A stretch of DNA of 64,000 nucleotides from an uncultured Candidatus Saccharibacteria bacterium (GCA_964543265.1 CAZIWN010000001.1:104577-168576); one strand, 5' to 3'. Positions 1 through 9,421 are shown, counted from the stretch's first letter. Notes: generated from the sequence alone by a model not told the origin. Program-made: numbers and translations.

Positions 1-1
1 G

Positions 2-595
2 GTAAAATCTTTAGAGCAAGAGATGAATCAATTTTCCAAAAAACAAGAATTTGAAAAAGCAGAAAATATTAAAAAAAAGATTTTTGCCCTTAATCATATT
101 CAAGATATTTCTTTAATTAAAGAAGATGAGGTTTTATCTGGTCAAAATTCAAATCAATTCAGAATTGAGGGTTATGATATTTCAAACATCTCAGGAACTT
201 CTGCCGTCGGCTCCATGGTTGTTTTTATTAATGGCAAGCCAAATAAAAATGAATATAGAAAATTTAAGATTAAAACCATAACTGGTCCAAATGATACGGG
301 TATGTTGAAGGAGGTTTTATTAAGGCGTTTTAAAAATGATTGGAGAATGCCAAATTTAATTTTAATAGATGGCGGTGTTCCGCAGGTAAATTCAGCTCAA
401 GAAGTCTTAAATAATCTTAATTTAGAAATACCAATCATCGGAATTGCTAAGGGTCCCGACAGAGATAGAAATGATTTTATTGGAAATATTCCTCAAGGCG
501 TTGAAGAGAAAGTTTTAATTCAAGTTCGCGATGAAGCTCATAGATTTGCGATTAAGTTTCATAAAGAATTAAGAGGGAGGAATAGTTTTAAATAA
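2..595 (+). CDS. uvrC: Excinuclease ABC subunit C (UvrC), 3' part; the ORF is open to the window edge. The protein ends after the RNase H-like endonuclease region with no C-terminal HhH domain.
   Basis: Motifs RIEGYDISNISG...SMVVF..GKP.K..YRKFKI...ND...EVL.RR......PNL.LIDGG..Q and a terminal RDEAHRFAI are typical of UvrC. No in-frame stop lies between position 2 and the Met at 23. Confidence 0.75.
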   Translation, partial: VKSLEQEMNQFSKKQEFEKAENIKKKIFALNHIQDISLIKEDEVLSGQNSNQFRIEGYDISNISGTSAVGSMVVFINGKPNKNEYRKFKIKTITGPNDTGMLKEVLLRRFKNDWRMPNLILIDGGVPQVNSAQEVLNNLNLEIPIIGIAKGPDRDRNDFIGNIPQGVEEKVLIQVRDEAHRFAIKFHKELRGRNSFK

Positions 596-814
596 AATTT
601 CGCAAAAAAAAGAGCGGACGCTTCTTATTTTATTTAAGTAGAAGACGGCTTCGCTCCTTGTCATCAGTAATTGTTATTTTTACTGACTTTGTGATTGTTC
701 GGTTTTCGCTTGTTCTTTGGAGTCCTAATTTACTCATATGCATTTTGAGTAAAGACACAAGGAGGTTCGTGTAGGGTCACGCAAGGAACAGGATTGTACC
801 GAATAAGTTTTTGG

Positions 815-833
815 TTAGCAAAAAAGATTGCTA
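815..833. promoter_or_regulatory. Short palindrome TTAGCAA-N6-TTGCTA resembling CIRCE arms; possible auxiliary HrcA operator.
   Basis: Inverted repeat read from the sequence, about 100 nt upstream of the main CIRCE element. Confidence 0.3.
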
Positions 834-917
834 CCATTTATATTATTTTGTATGAAGTCCTGCTAATATTATACATTATTTAGCTTATTTTTATTGTGAA
901 TAACCGCCATTTGACAA

Positions 918-944
918 TTAGCAATCTGGCGTGTAGACTGCTAA
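918..944 (+). promoter_or_regulatory. CIRCE operator (HrcA binding site): TTAGCAATC-N9-GACTGCTAA. It overlaps the promoter region (TTGACA at 911-916) of the hrcA operon.
   Basis: 9-N9-9 inverted repeat matching the CIRCE consensus TTAGCACTC-N9-GAGTGCTAA at 15/18 positions, sited just upstream of hrcA-grpE-dnaK-dnaJ. Confidence 0.8.
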
Positions 945-969
945 TATATCAAATATTAAATAATATTAA

Positions 970-1689
970 ATGGAATTAAACGATCGTTCCAAAAGAATAT
1001 TAGAGGCAGTAATAAAAGAGTTTATCCGTCTTGGAAAACCTGTTTCTTCTTCAGAAATTTGTTCTGAATATGATTTAGGTGTTAAGTCGGCCACCGTAAG
1101 AAACGAGCTCAATAAACTCGAAGAGCTTGGCTATATTTATCAGCCCCACACCTCAGGAGGAAGAATTCCAACCGATGCCGGATACAAATTTTTTGTTTCT
1201 TCTTTTATGGATGGTGTCGCTATAGATTTAGCAAAAAAGGTGTCTGGAATTTTTGAATCTATTTTTGAAGAATTAAATTCTTCTGACACAAAAGGCATAG
1301 TTGAAACAATGTCTAGCGAATTAGGTCTTTTAAGTATAGGCAAATCTTCTCATGAAACAGAGGTGCATAAGAGCGGTTTAGATAATTTATTCGAAAAATT
1401 AGTTGGCAATTTTTTAATAGAAGACGAGCTTGAACTTTTCAGAGTCGTTCAAGATTTCGAAAATATAGATGAAAATATAGATGATTTAAAAAAATTTATT
1501 TCCACTAAACCATCTCCGCTGGTTTTCATTGGTAAAAGCCCGATAACCAAAAGTGAAAATTTATCAGTTATAGTAGATATATTCAAAAATGGAGATGAAG
1601 AAATAATTTTAGGAGCCATCGGGCCTAAATGGATGGATTACAGAAAACCACTGAAATTTTTTAGAGAATTAAAAGGTCTTGTAAATTAA
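970..1689 (+). CDS. hrcA: Heat-inducible transcription repressor HrcA, short form of 239 aa.
   Basis: N-terminal winged HTH (RSKRILEAVIKEFI..GKPVSSSEI......SATVRNEL..LEELGYI.QPHTSGGRIPTD.GY). It lies downstream of CIRCE and upstream of grpE-dnaK. Confidence 0.8.
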   Translation: MELNDRSKRILEAVIKEFIRLGKPVSSSEICSEYDLGVKSATVRNELNKLEELGYIYQPHTSGGRIPTDAGYKFFVSSFMDGVAIDLAKKVSGIFESIFEELNSSDTKGIVETMSSELGLLSIGKSSHETEVHKSGLDNLFEKLVGNFLIEDELELFRVVQDFENIDENIDDLKKFISTKPSPLVFIGKSPITKSENLSVIVDIFKNGDEEIILGAIGPKWMDYRKPLKFFRELKGLVN

Positions 1690-1702
1690 TCAATATAAAC
1701 CA

Positions 1703-2197
1703 ATGGAAGAAACAAAAAAAGACAATTCAATGTCAGAGCTAGAAGAACTTAAAGCAAAAATAGAAAATATAACCAAAGAAAGAGATGAATATTTAAATGG
1801 TTGGAAAAGAGCTAAGGCGGATCTGATGAATTTTCAGAAAGACGAAGAAAAAAGAATTACAGATTTAATCAAGTGGGGATTGAAAGATGTGATATCTGAA
1901 ATGATTCCAATTCTAGATAATTTCGAATTAGCCCTCGCCAACCTAGAGAAGGATGGAAAAGCGGAGAAAGGAATTCATATGATCAAGCTTCAGATGGAGG
2001 ATGCTTTAAAGAAAAAGGGTTTGGAAAAGATTTTAGTAGAGAAAGGCAAACCTTTTGATCCAAATTTTCAAGAGGCGATAGGCGAAGTTGAGTCGGAATT
2101 TGGAGAAGGGTGCGTAGTGAGAGAGATAGAGAAAGGATATTTGCTTAATGGAAAAGTTTTGCGTCCGTCTAGGGTAATGATTTCAAAAGCAAAATAA
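1703..2197 (+). CDS. grpE: Nucleotide exchange factor GrpE.
   Basis: Motifs RA.AD..N..KR typical of GrpE, plus its position in the operon. Confidence 0.9.
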   Translation: MEETKKDNSMSELEELKAKIENITKERDEYLNGWKRAKADLMNFQKDEEKRITDLIKWGLKDVISEMIPILDNFELALANLEKDGKAEKGIHMIKLQMEDALKKKGLEKILVEKGKPFDPNFQEAIGEVESEFGEGCVVREIEKGYLLNGKVLRPSRVMISKAK

Positions 2198-2230
2198 TTA
2201 TAATTTTTTTAATCAATTTAAATAAATAAT

Positions 2231-4126
2231 ATGGGAAAAATAATTGGTATAGATTTAGGAACAACTTATAGCGCAGTAGCAACAGTCGAAGGAGGATCTC
2301 CTAAGATTTTAGAAAACAGCGAAGGAATAAGAACTACTCCTTCTGTTGTCGCCATTTCAAAATCTGGCGAAAGATTAGTTGGAGTTTTAGCCAAGCGTCA
2401 GTCCGTTACAAATCCAAAAAACACCATCTTTTCAGTTAAGAGGTTGATTGGAAGAAAATATAACGATCCAGTCGTAACTCGCGACAAGGCTTGGCTTCCT
2501 TATGAAATAAAAGAATCTTCCGCTGGTTCGGTTGAGGTAAAAATGGGAGATAAATATTATAAGCCAGAAGAAATTTCTGCCATGGTCTTGCAGAAGCTAA
2601 AAGCCGATGCCGAAGCGCGTCTCGGGGAAAAAGTTGAAGAAGCAGTTATTACTGTTCCAGCTTATTTCGACGACTCTCAAAGACAAGCCACAAAAAACGC
2701 TGGAGAAATTGCTGGTCTTAAAGTTAGAAGAATTCTTCCAGAGCCAACAGCCGCCGCTTTGGCTTATGGATTAAATAAAAAGAAAAATGAAAAAATTGTA
2801 GTTTACGATTTTGGAGGCGGAACCTTCGACGTTTCAGTCTTGGAAGTCGGCGACGACACTATCGAAGTTAGGGCCACTGGCGGAGATACTCATTTAGGAG
2901 GAGACGATATAGATAAAATTATTATTGAATATTTAGTTAAAGAATACAAAGCTCAAGAGGGAGTAGATTTATCTAAAGACGCTTTAGCTCTTCAGAGATT
3001 AAAAGAAGCAGCCGAACGCACCAAGCACGAGCTTTCAACATCTTTTGAGGCAGAAGTTAATCTTCCATATATTACTTCAGACGCTTCTGGTCCAAAACAC
3101 TTCTTAATTAAAATTACCAGAGCAAAATTAGAAGAACTTACCAAGAGTTTAATCGATAGATCTATAGAATTATTAGATAAAACCATCAAGGAATCTGGAA
3201 TAGCTAAAGGAACTATAGATGAAATAGTTTTAGTTGGAGGTCAAACCAGAATGCCTGCTATTGCCGATGCTGTTAAAAAATATTTCGGCAAAGAACCGCA
3301 TAAAGGAGTAAACCCAGATGAGGTTGTGGCTTTAGGAGCTTCTATTCAGGCAGAAATTTTATCAGCCAAGGATGAAGGCAGACGTCCAGAAGGAGAGGTT
3401 AAAGATGTTTTGCTTTTAGACGTAACCCCACTTTCATTAGGAATAGAAACTCTCGGAGGAGTTTTCACAAAAATCATAGAAAAAAATACAACCATCCCGA
3501 CATCCAAATCTCAAACCTTCTCAACAGCTGCAGATAACCAGCCAGGAGTAGAGATTCATATCTTACAGGGAGAGCGCGAAATGGCTGCTGACAATAAAAC
3601 TTTAGGTAAATTTATGTTAGATGGAATTCCTCCAGCTCCTCGTGGAATTCCGCAGATTGAAGTTTCTTTCGATATAGACTCAAACGGAATCTTAAATGTT
3701 TCCGCTAAAGATAAAGCTTCTGGAAAATCTCAGTCAGTCAAAATCACAGCTTCAACCAATATGTCTAAAGAAGAAGTTGAAAGATTAAAAAACGAAGCTG
3801 CAAAATTTGCCGAGGAAGATAAAAAGAAAAGAGAGAATGCCGAAATTAAAATCAAGGCAGATCAATTAATCTTCCAGGCAGAACAAGCTTTGAAAAATGG
3901 AGGAGATAAGATTGCCGCAGACGTTAAAGATTCTGTACTTAAAAAAATAGAAAATTTAAGATCTATTAAAGACGGCATCGAATTCGAAAAAATAAAAACA
4001 GCTACCGACGAGCTTTTCACCGAAATGCAAAAAATAGGAGAAGCTATGTATAAAAAAGAAGAACCAAAGGCCGAAGGAAATAAGGATGGTGCCGCTGGAG
4101 CAAATCCTTCTGGAGAAAATAAATAA
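2231..4126 (+). CDS. dnaK: Chaperone DnaK (Hsp70).
   Basis: Motifs [29 protein letters not shown] and [16 protein letters not shown]. Confidence 0.97.
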   Translation: MGKIIGIDLGTTYSAVATVEGGSPKILENSEGIRTTPSVVAISKSGERLVGVLAKRQSVTNPKNTIFSVKRLIGRKYNDPVVTRDKAWLPYEIKESSAGSVEVKMGDKYYKPEEISAMVLQKLKADAEARLGEKVEEAVITVPAYFDDSQRQATKNAGEIAGLKVRRILPEPTAAALAYGLNKKKNEKIVVYDFGGGTFDVSVLEVGDDTIEVRATGGDTHLGGDDIDKIIIEYLVKEYKAQEGVDLSKDALALQRLKEAAERTKHELSTSFEAEVNLPYITSDASGPKHFLIKITRAKLEELTKSLIDRSIELLDKTIKESGIAKGTIDEIVLVGGQTRMPAIADAVKKYFGKEPHKGVNPDEVVALGASIQAEILSAKDEGRRPEGEVKDVLLLDVTPLSLGIETLGGVFTKIIEKNTTIPTSKSQTFSTAADNQPGVEIHILQGEREMAADNKTLGKFMLDGIPPAPRGIPQIEVSFDIDSNGILNVSAKDKASGKSQSVKITASTNMSKEEVERLKNEAAKFAEEDKKKRENAEIKIKADQLIFQAEQALKNGGDKIAADVKDSVLKKIENLRSIKDGIEFEKIKTATDELFTEMQKIGEAMYKKEEPKAEGNKDGAAGANPSGENK

Positions 4127-4200
4127 TTTTAAATTGCGCTAAGACCAATCCACTTGGTCTTTCGCAATTTATAAATAAAAGCTATATAATTAATACAAAA

Positions 4201-5178
4201 ATGATTAATCAAGGTTCTGGATACTTTGAGAATAAGCCCCTTGCCGGATCAAGCCCGCAAGATATGAAAGAAAATAAAACCAAAGTTCTTCTTTATGGAA
4301 TATTTAACACTATTTCATCTTTAGCTTTAGGTTATTTCTTTTATGCTTTCTTAGATTCATTTTCTGTTTGGAATTTTATAGCACTTTGTTTATTCTTTGT
4401 GGTTTCTTTAGCTCTTTCTGTTTTTAATGCTATAGCCATCAAAGATCACTTAGAAAGGTTTATTCTAGTTCTTTTAGAGGTGCTTGCTATAATATTTTTC
4501 CCAGCAAAACTTGGCGGATTTTGGACAATATTCGCTGGTATAAGTTATTTAATATTTTCAATCTCTGCTCAAAGTATTGCTAGATCATATAGCGACAACG
4601 TTATTAAATTTAAATTTTACAATGTTGCCTATCATTTTTCTAAAAGCAAATCTACAGCTTTTGCGATTTTTATTTCTCTAGTTTTATTTGGCTACGGTTT
4701 TTATAACGGAGACAAGCTCGGTCAAGGTTTAGTTGATTCAACTATTAATTCTTCCAGATTTTTACTAGAGAGATATGTTCCTGGAATAAATTCATCATCT
4801 TCAGTTGATGATATCTTACTTGGTGTGGTTGAGAAGAAGGCCCCTGTTGGAACTAGTGTTTATGCCATCCAATCATCGGTTTCCGCTTTTAAAAAGAGCT
4901 TAGGGGAAACAATCGGATTAAATCTCACCGGCAAAGAAACAATTTTAGAATTGGTAAAAGACGGTACTTATGAAAAGACAAAAAATCTCCCATCTTTATA
5001 TAAAAATATTGGTTGGGTAATTTTAGGGCTCCTTGTTTTCTGGTCAATTAAAAGCCTCACTCATCTTTTCTCTTGGGCGATCTCAATAGTTGCATATATT
5101 TTTTACAAAATAATGTTATCCTCTGGATTTGTCCGCGTGAACGAAGAAATGATCACGAAAGAATCTATCATCATCTAG
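4201..5178 (+). CDS. Hypothetical polytopic membrane protein encoded between dnaK and dnaJ.
   Basis: Several hydrophobic helices and AT-rich native codon usage. No recognisable motif. Confidence 0.5.
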   Translation: MINQGSGYFENKPLAGSSPQDMKENKTKVLLYGIFNTISSLALGYFFYAFLDSFSVWNFIALCLFFVVSLALSVFNAIAIKDHLERFILVLLEVLAIIFFPAKLGGFWTIFAGISYLIFSISAQSIARSYSDNVIKFKFYNVAYHFSKSKSTAFAIFISLVLFGYGFYNGDKLGQGLVDSTINSSRFLLERYVPGINSSSSVDDILLGVVEKKAPVGTSVYAIQSSVSAFKKSLGETIGLNLTGKETILELVKDGTYEKTKNLPSLYKNIGWVILGLLVFWSIKSLTHLFSWAISIVAYIFYKIMLSSGFVRVNEEMITKESIII

Positions 5179-5215
5179 ACATCTCTCTTTATCCTTAATT
5201 CTTTATATCATTCCA

Positions 5216-6310
5216 ATGGCAGACGATTACTATAAAATTTTAGGCGTTGAAAAAAACGCTTCCGAAGAAGATATTAAGCGCGCTTATAGAAAAATGGCCC
5301 ACAAACATCACCCAGATAAATCTGGTGGCGATGAGGCCGCTTTTAAAAAGGTAAACGAGGCTTATCAAATTCTTTCTAATAAGGAAAAGCGTGCTCAATA
5401 CGATAAGTATGGTCGCGTTTTTGAGGGCGGCCAAGGGGGTGGTTTCAACGGCTTTCATGGTGGCAATCCTTTCGGCCAAGGAGGTTTTAATTTTGATTTC
5501 GGAAATATGGAAGATTTGGGCGATATGTTCGGCTCAATTTTCGAGGGTTTTGGAATGGGTGGCAAGCGCAAACAATATGAGCGCGGCGCCGATCTGGAAA
5601 TTCATCAAGAAATAGCTTTAAAAGAAGCCTATACGGGTATTGTTAAGAAACTTAAATTCAGCACAAAAATCAGTTGCGATAAATGTTCCGGAGTCGGACA
5701 CTTCCCAGAAAGCGGTTTCACTAAATGCGCCACCTGCGACGGCAAAGGAGAAATTAAAGAAACCAAGAGAACTTTCTTCGGTAATTTTGCCGAAGTTAGA
5801 AAATGCTCTAAATGTCGTGGGTTAGGCAAAATTCCTCATCGTCTCTGTTCTTCTTGTGAGGGTTTAGGTAGGCGAGTTGGAGAAAAAAATGTTGAGGTTA
5901 ATATTGGAGCCGGAATTGAGGATGGGCAGATTATAAAAGTAAATGGAGCCGGAGAATCTGGCGAGGCGGGAACTGACCCAGGGGACTTATATGTCAGAAT
6001 TAAGGTTTTAAAAGATAAAAAGTGGGAAAGACGAGGAGATGATCTTTTAGCTAGGCACGAAACAAGTTTAATAGATTTACTTATAACCAGATCTTTTGAG
6101 GTAGAAAATATTATAGGAGAAAAAATAAAATTAGAGCTTCCTGGAGGATTTAAGCTTGGAGATGAATTAGTTGTCTCTGGTGGTGGAATGCCCCGTCTAG
6201 GAGGATTTAGCAGGGGAAAGATGATTATTAAGCTAGAAGCTCAAATTCCAAAGAAATTAAATTCAAAAGCTAAAGAATTACTCGAACAACTTAAAAGAGA
6301 AGTAGATTAA
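5216..6310 (+). CDS. dnaJ: Chaperone DnaJ.
   Basis: J-domain with HPD (YYKILGV...HPDK), a G/F-rich linker and four CxxCxGxG zinc-finger repeats. Confidence 0.95.
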   Translation: MADDYYKILGVEKNASEEDIKRAYRKMAHKHHPDKSGGDEAAFKKVNEAYQILSNKEKRAQYDKYGRVFEGGQGGGFNGFHGGNPFGQGGFNFDFGNMEDLGDMFGSIFEGFGMGGKRKQYERGADLEIHQEIALKEAYTGIVKKLKFSTKISCDKCSGVGHFPESGFTKCATCDGKGEIKETKRTFFGNFAEVRKCSKCRGLGKIPHRLCSSCEGLGRRVGEKNVEVNIGAGIEDGQIIKVNGAGESGEAGTDPGDLYVRIKVLKDKKWERRGDDLLARHETSLIDLLITRSFEVENIIGEKIKLELPGGFKLGDELVVSGGGMPRLGGFSRGKMIIKLEAQIPKKLNSKAKELLEQLKREVD

Positions 6311-6317
6311 ATTTAAA

Positions 6318-6357
6318 ACCGCCTCCTGCATCTCGTTGGTGCAGTGGCGGTTTTTTG
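6318..6357 (+). terminator. Rho-independent terminator of the dnaK operon.
   Basis: Stem ACCGCC...GGCGGT followed by TTTTTT. Confidence 0.8.
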
Positions 6358-6363
6358 TTTGTA

Positions 6364-6483
6364 TCATCCCGTTGCAATAAACCACAGAATGATGAGAAAG
6401 ATGATGGTTGACCATCTCATGTTGAGGATCGAGCACTTCCATGGCTCAGGTTCGCTTACTGTTGGTTCTGGTCGCCTTTTCAT
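6364..6483 (-). CDS. 39-aa hydrophobic peptide (MKRRPEPTVSEPEPWKCSILNMRWSTIIFLIILWFIATG) in a GC-elevated segment.
   Basis: SD site AAGGGGG lies 6 nt upstream of the ATG. The C-terminal half is hydrophobic. It is absent from the 60-aa ORF track and I translated it by hand. Confidence 0.35.
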   Translation of the reverse strand: MKRRPEPTVSEPEPWKCSILNMRWSTIIFLIILWFIATG

Positions 6484-6522
6484 TTTTAACCCCCTTAATC
6501 TAATGAACTAATTTTATTATAT

Positions 6523-6585
6523 AAATTAAAACCACCCACAGCAACCGTAGTCGCTGGGGTGGTTCTGCGTCAGATTGTCTGACGC
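6523..6585 (-). terminator. Two tandem hairpins downstream of the islet lipoprotein gene: GCGTCAGA/TCTGACGC, then CCACCC...GGGTGG followed by a T-tract on the minus strand.
   Basis: Perfect 8-bp and 6-bp stems. The minus-strand sequence continues as TTTTAATTT. Confidence 0.6.
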
Positions 6586-6878
6586 TAGTTCGTCGCGGAG
6601 ATGGTCTCCGCGAGGCGCTCGAGGCCATCGTTCAGCTTCTCGAGGCCGTCGATGATCTTCTCCATCTCGATCGTCTGCTCGCGCATCCGCTCGAGATCGG
6701 TGTCGTCGCTCTTGACGACGTTCGGCAGCATGCGGTCGCGCATCTCGTCGTAGGCCTCCACCTTCTTCGTCGGCACCTCCTCCTTGGCGGGGGAGACGCA
6801 GCCGACGGACAGGAGGCAGAAGAAGGCGGCGATCCAGAACCCGTAGTTGAACGCGAGCATGTTTCGAAGCAAACGCAT
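6585..6878 (-). CDS. Small secreted or lipoprotein-like protein of 97 aa, GC-rich codons.
   Basis: Signal peptide with a lipobox-like LLSVGC. SD site CAAGGGAAAGGGAAAG is upstream of the ATG, and a consensus promoter lies upstream on the minus strand. Confidence 0.55.
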   Translation of the reverse strand: MRLLRNMLAFNYGFWIAAFFCLLSVGCVSPAKEEVPTKKVEAYDEMRDRMLPNVVKSDDTDLERMREQTIEMEKIIDGLEKLNDGLERLAETISATN

Positions 6879-6987
6879 TTTCTTCTTTCCCTTTCCCTTG
6901 GAAAGCTATTCTCTCGCAAGAAGGCGCTCGCCCTCATCGCAAAAGAATGCTTATTTGTTAATGTTCAATCTAACCCTAACCTTTGTA

Positions 6988-7017
6988 ATTATAGCACAAT
7001 ATATTGATATTTGTCAA
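6988..7017 (-). promoter_or_regulatory. Near-perfect sigma70 promoter with extended -10 (TTGACA-18-TGcTATAAT), copy A of the repeated promoter module.
   Basis: Read on the minus strand: CTATTGACAAATATCAATATATTGTGCTATAAT. Confidence 0.7.
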
Positions 7018-7020
7018 TAG

Positions 7021-7074
7021 ATAAGAAAGCCAATAAAATAATAGCCCCGGGTGCGCATTTGCGCATTCCGGGGC
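7021..7074 (-). terminator. Terminator of the 123-aa islet gene: GCCCCGG...CCGGGGC stem with an inner GTGCGCA/TGCGCAT palindrome, followed by a T-rich tract on the minus strand.
   Basis: Read from the sequence. Confidence 0.6.
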
Positions 7075-7080
7075 AGTAGT

Positions 7081-7452
7081 TCAGCTCGAAGCGGTAGCGG
7101 TGGCGGGGAACATCTCGCGAAGTTCCGCGCGAATCTCCTGGGCGAACCTGGTCATCGCCAAGCGCCATTCATCTTCATCGGTATGGATCCTGAGCTTTTT
7201 GGGCCAATACTTCGGGTCGCGCTTGGCCTTGGCCATGTCTGCAAGGTAGACCATCGCATCGAATCCTGTCTTGGCGTTGTTGTCTCCCGGCTTCAGTTCG
7301 AAGTCGAACGACATCTCGCCAATCCCATCGAAATCGGGCGCGGTCACGAAAGCAACGAGCTCTTCGTAGCTTCCAAGACCAAGCCATCCTTCCGGCGCCT
7401 GCTTCTTGCCGGGAAGAAAATGAAGGTCGTCAAGAAAAACATTCCTTTCCAT
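7081..7452 (-). CDS. Hypothetical 123-aa protein, GC-rich codons, unknown function.
   Basis: Clean ORF with SD site AAGGGA upstream of the ATG. Its own promoter (TTGACA-17-TAAACT at 7503-7531, minus strand) and its own terminator flank it. Composition is unlike that of the flanking genes. Confidence 0.5.
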   Translation of the reverse strand: MERNVFLDDLHFLPGKKQAPEGWLGLGSYEELVAFVTAPDFDGIGEMSFDFELKPGDNNAKTGFDAMVYLADMAKAKRDPKYWPKKLRIHTDEDEWRLAMTRFAQEIRAELREMFPATATASS

Positions 7453-7574
7453 TTTTCCCTTGTCTCCGCTTGGGTTTTTCTTTCCCTTAGGTGCTGACGT
7501 ATAGTTTAGCCCAAAACACCCAATTTGTCAAAGTTATATTAATCTACTATCTTATGCTAAAATTACATAAATAA

Positions 7575-7901
7575 ATGAGAAAAATATTATTATTTTCAAT
7601 AATTGGAATTATTTTAACTTCTTCTTTTGGATTTGCTTTAGCCAAAGAAGAAAGTCCAGAAGATATTCTTTTTATCGGTAAAATTACAAAAATCGGCCAA
7701 GATTCAATTAAATTCAAAACCGAAGACGGCGAAGAGTATTCTGCGCTTATAGACAGACTTACTCATCTCACAGATAAAAGCTACGACGAAATTATTTTTG
7801 AGAAATTTAAAAAAGGCCAAAATATTAGGGTTTGGGGTGTTCTAGCTACAGACGATTTTCATATATATTCTTCTTTTATCAGAAACCTTTCTCTTAAATA
7901 A
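7575..7901 (+). CDS. Small secreted protein (signal peptide), native AT-rich.
   Basis: N-terminal signal peptide MRKILLFSIIGIILTSSFGFALA. Confidence 0.5.
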   Translation: MRKILLFSIIGIILTSSFGFALAKEESPEDILFIGKITKIGQDSIKFKTEDGEEYSALIDRLTHLTDKSYDEIIFEKFKKGQNIRVWGVLATDDFHIYSSFIRNLSLK

Positions 7902-7922
7902 AAAATCCCCTTACGGGGATTT

Positions 7923-8558
7923 TTAAATCTTCAAGCAATCTTTTTCGGTATATTCTCCAACCCTAGTTCTAATTAAGGAATATAAATATCCTCCAGTTTT
8001 AAGTTCTGTTCCAAGATTTCTAGCAATAGAGCGTATGTAAACCCCTGGGCCGGTAGTGATCTGTAGTTTTAAAATAGGGAATTGATAAGCTAAGATTTTT
8101 ATATCTTTAACTAATACCTTTCTAGATTTTAATTCAGGGGTTTTTCCTTCGCGAGCATATTCATACAATTTTTTACCCCCAATCTTAATCGCGCTATAAA
8201 GTGGCGGAGTTTGATCAATTTCTCCAATAAATTTTTTTATAGCAAAATCAATTTCTCCACGAGTTGGTTCTTTTTCAAATTTTATTTCCGTTTTCATCCC
8301 TTGTGCGTCATCAGTCTCACTTTCTTCTCCAAGCTTAATTTCAGCAATATATTCTTTTTCCTTTTGAACTTCTGTTGAGAGTTTTTTAGTAAATTCTTTT
8401 CCCACAGCAATCACTAAAACACCCTCAGCGAGAGGGTCTAGCGTGCCAGCGTGTCCCACAATCTTTTCTCTGGCAATTCTGCGGACTTTAGCTACTATAT
8501 CGTGCGAAGTTGGTCCTTTCGGTTTCCAAACGCCCACAATTCCTTGTTTAATTAACAT
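7923..8558 (-). CDS. truB: tRNA pseudouridine(55) synthase TruB.
   Basis: Motif GHAGTLDPLAEGVLVIAVGK. Confidence 0.9.
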   Translation of the reverse strand: MLIKQGIVGVWKPKGPTSHDIVAKVRRIAREKIVGHAGTLDPLAEGVLVIAVGKEFTKKLSTEVQKEKEYIAEIKLGEESETDDAQGMKTEIKFEKEPTRGEIDFAIKKFIGEIDQTPPLYSAIKIGGKKLYEYAREGKTPELKSRKVLVKDIKILAYQFPILKLQITTGPGVYIRSIARNLGTELKTGGYLYSLIRTRVGEYTEKDCLKI

Positions 8559-8774
8559 TTATCTTATTTCAATCAATTTCTTCTTATATCGTAACCCAGA
8601 CTTGATAAATAAGCTATTTTTAGGGATTTTTAGATATTCTGCCAATATTTCAATCACTTTCAAGTTTGCCTCCATATCCTTAGCTTTTGCTTTAGTTTCT
8701 ATCTTATAAGAATTTTCTCCAATCTTTAAAATAGAATCCTTTTTCGCGTTAGTTTTTACGGTTATTTCAATCAT
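8559..8774 (-). CDS. DUF167/YggU-family small protein.
   Basis: Pattern I.VKV.P.AKK..I.....Y.I...A.A.D.EAN..VIE.LA..L. Confidence 0.55.
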   Translation of the reverse strand: MIEITVKTNAKKDSILKIGENSYKIETKAKAKDMEANLKVIEILAEYLKIPKNSLFIKSGLRYKKKLIEIR

Positions 8775-8804
8775 ATTTTATGATTATGGCACGTTATATT
8801 TTTT

Positions 8805-8833
8805 TTGACAAAAACATGATTTATCTGTATTTT
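8805..8833 (+). promoter_or_regulatory. Candidate promoter TTGACA-17-TATTTT for the islet ORF 8912-9421.
   Basis: Consensus -35 element with a weak -10. Confidence 0.4.
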
Positions 8834-8911
8834 AAATACAGCTCTTACGGTTAGAATCGAATCAATCAAACAAGCTTCCATTAAGTTGAGAAGCATAAGG
8901 GGGAGACTGAA

Positions 8912-9421
8912 ATGCCGGCAACCGCAACAATGATCGAAGTCTTCCAGATTCTCGGATTGGAGATGATAAAGCGTCCAGTTTTTTCGGATCTGCTTCCAAA
9001 AACTGGATGCGTGCCAGATAAGAGAATCACGGAACAAGTAATGGGCGAGCCGTATTCTCTATCAGCTACAAGAGATGACCATTGGCGATCCGGAACAAGA
9101 GAAATCGCTCTAGTTGAACATCCGCCAGTTTGGTCAATGTCTACTGTCTGCGCGAATTCAGCCAAGCTCGGTCTGGGTCTATTGGATCCATACGATGTTC
9201 TATATTTCGCCATCAAGCATCCAGGGGTCCAAAGGTCTGGCCCAATCGCCTTCGTTCATCAGCCGCTTTTTCTAGGCGAGAACCGGAGAGGCCTTTTTGC
9301 TCTCGTTCTCGGTTTTGATGGGCAAGACAGAACCATTAATCTTGTCAGCTGGTTCGATACTTGTGATGCCGTTCCCGGAGTTCGCTACGCCCTTTTGAAG
9401 AGGCCAGAGAAGAAGAAGTAG
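8912..9421 (+). CDS. Hypothetical 169-aa protein, intermediate to high GC, unknown function.
   Basis: Strong SD site AAGGGGGAG lies 7 nt upstream of the ATG, and a terminator follows the ORF. Its composition is foreign to the host. Confidence 0.55.
   Translation: MPATATMIEVFQILGLEMIKRPVFSDLLPKTGCVPDKRITEQVMGEPYSLSATRDDHWRSGTREIALVEHPPVWSMSTVCANSAKLGLGLLDPYDVLYFAIKHPGVQRSGPIAFVHQPLFLGENRRGLFALVLGFDGQDRTINLVSWFDTCDAVPGVRYALLKRPEKKK

Noticed and set aside
1140-5829. Short antisense ORFs inside hrcA, dnaK and dnaJ (1140-1343, 2992-3189, 5240-5479, 5391-5615, 5629-5829, 5640-5825).
   Set aside because: They are embedded in well-supported conserved genes.
6632-6937. 101-aa Arg-rich ORF (minus strand) overlapping the lipoprotein gene.
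   Set aside because: Alternative frame of a GC-rich region with an Arg/Ser/Pro-rich nonsense composition. The in-frame lipoprotein ORF has a signal peptide and an SD site.
7051-7497. 148-aa plus-strand ORF antisense to the 123-aa islet gene.
   Set aside because: No SD site or promoter on the plus strand, and random-looking composition. The minus-strand ORF has a promoter, an SD site and a terminator.
8443-9216. ORFs 8443-8709(+), 8771-9037(-), 8881-9216(-) and 9130-9318(+).
   Set aside because: They are antisense to, or out of frame with, truB, DUF167 or the 169-aa islet ORF, and have no start signals.
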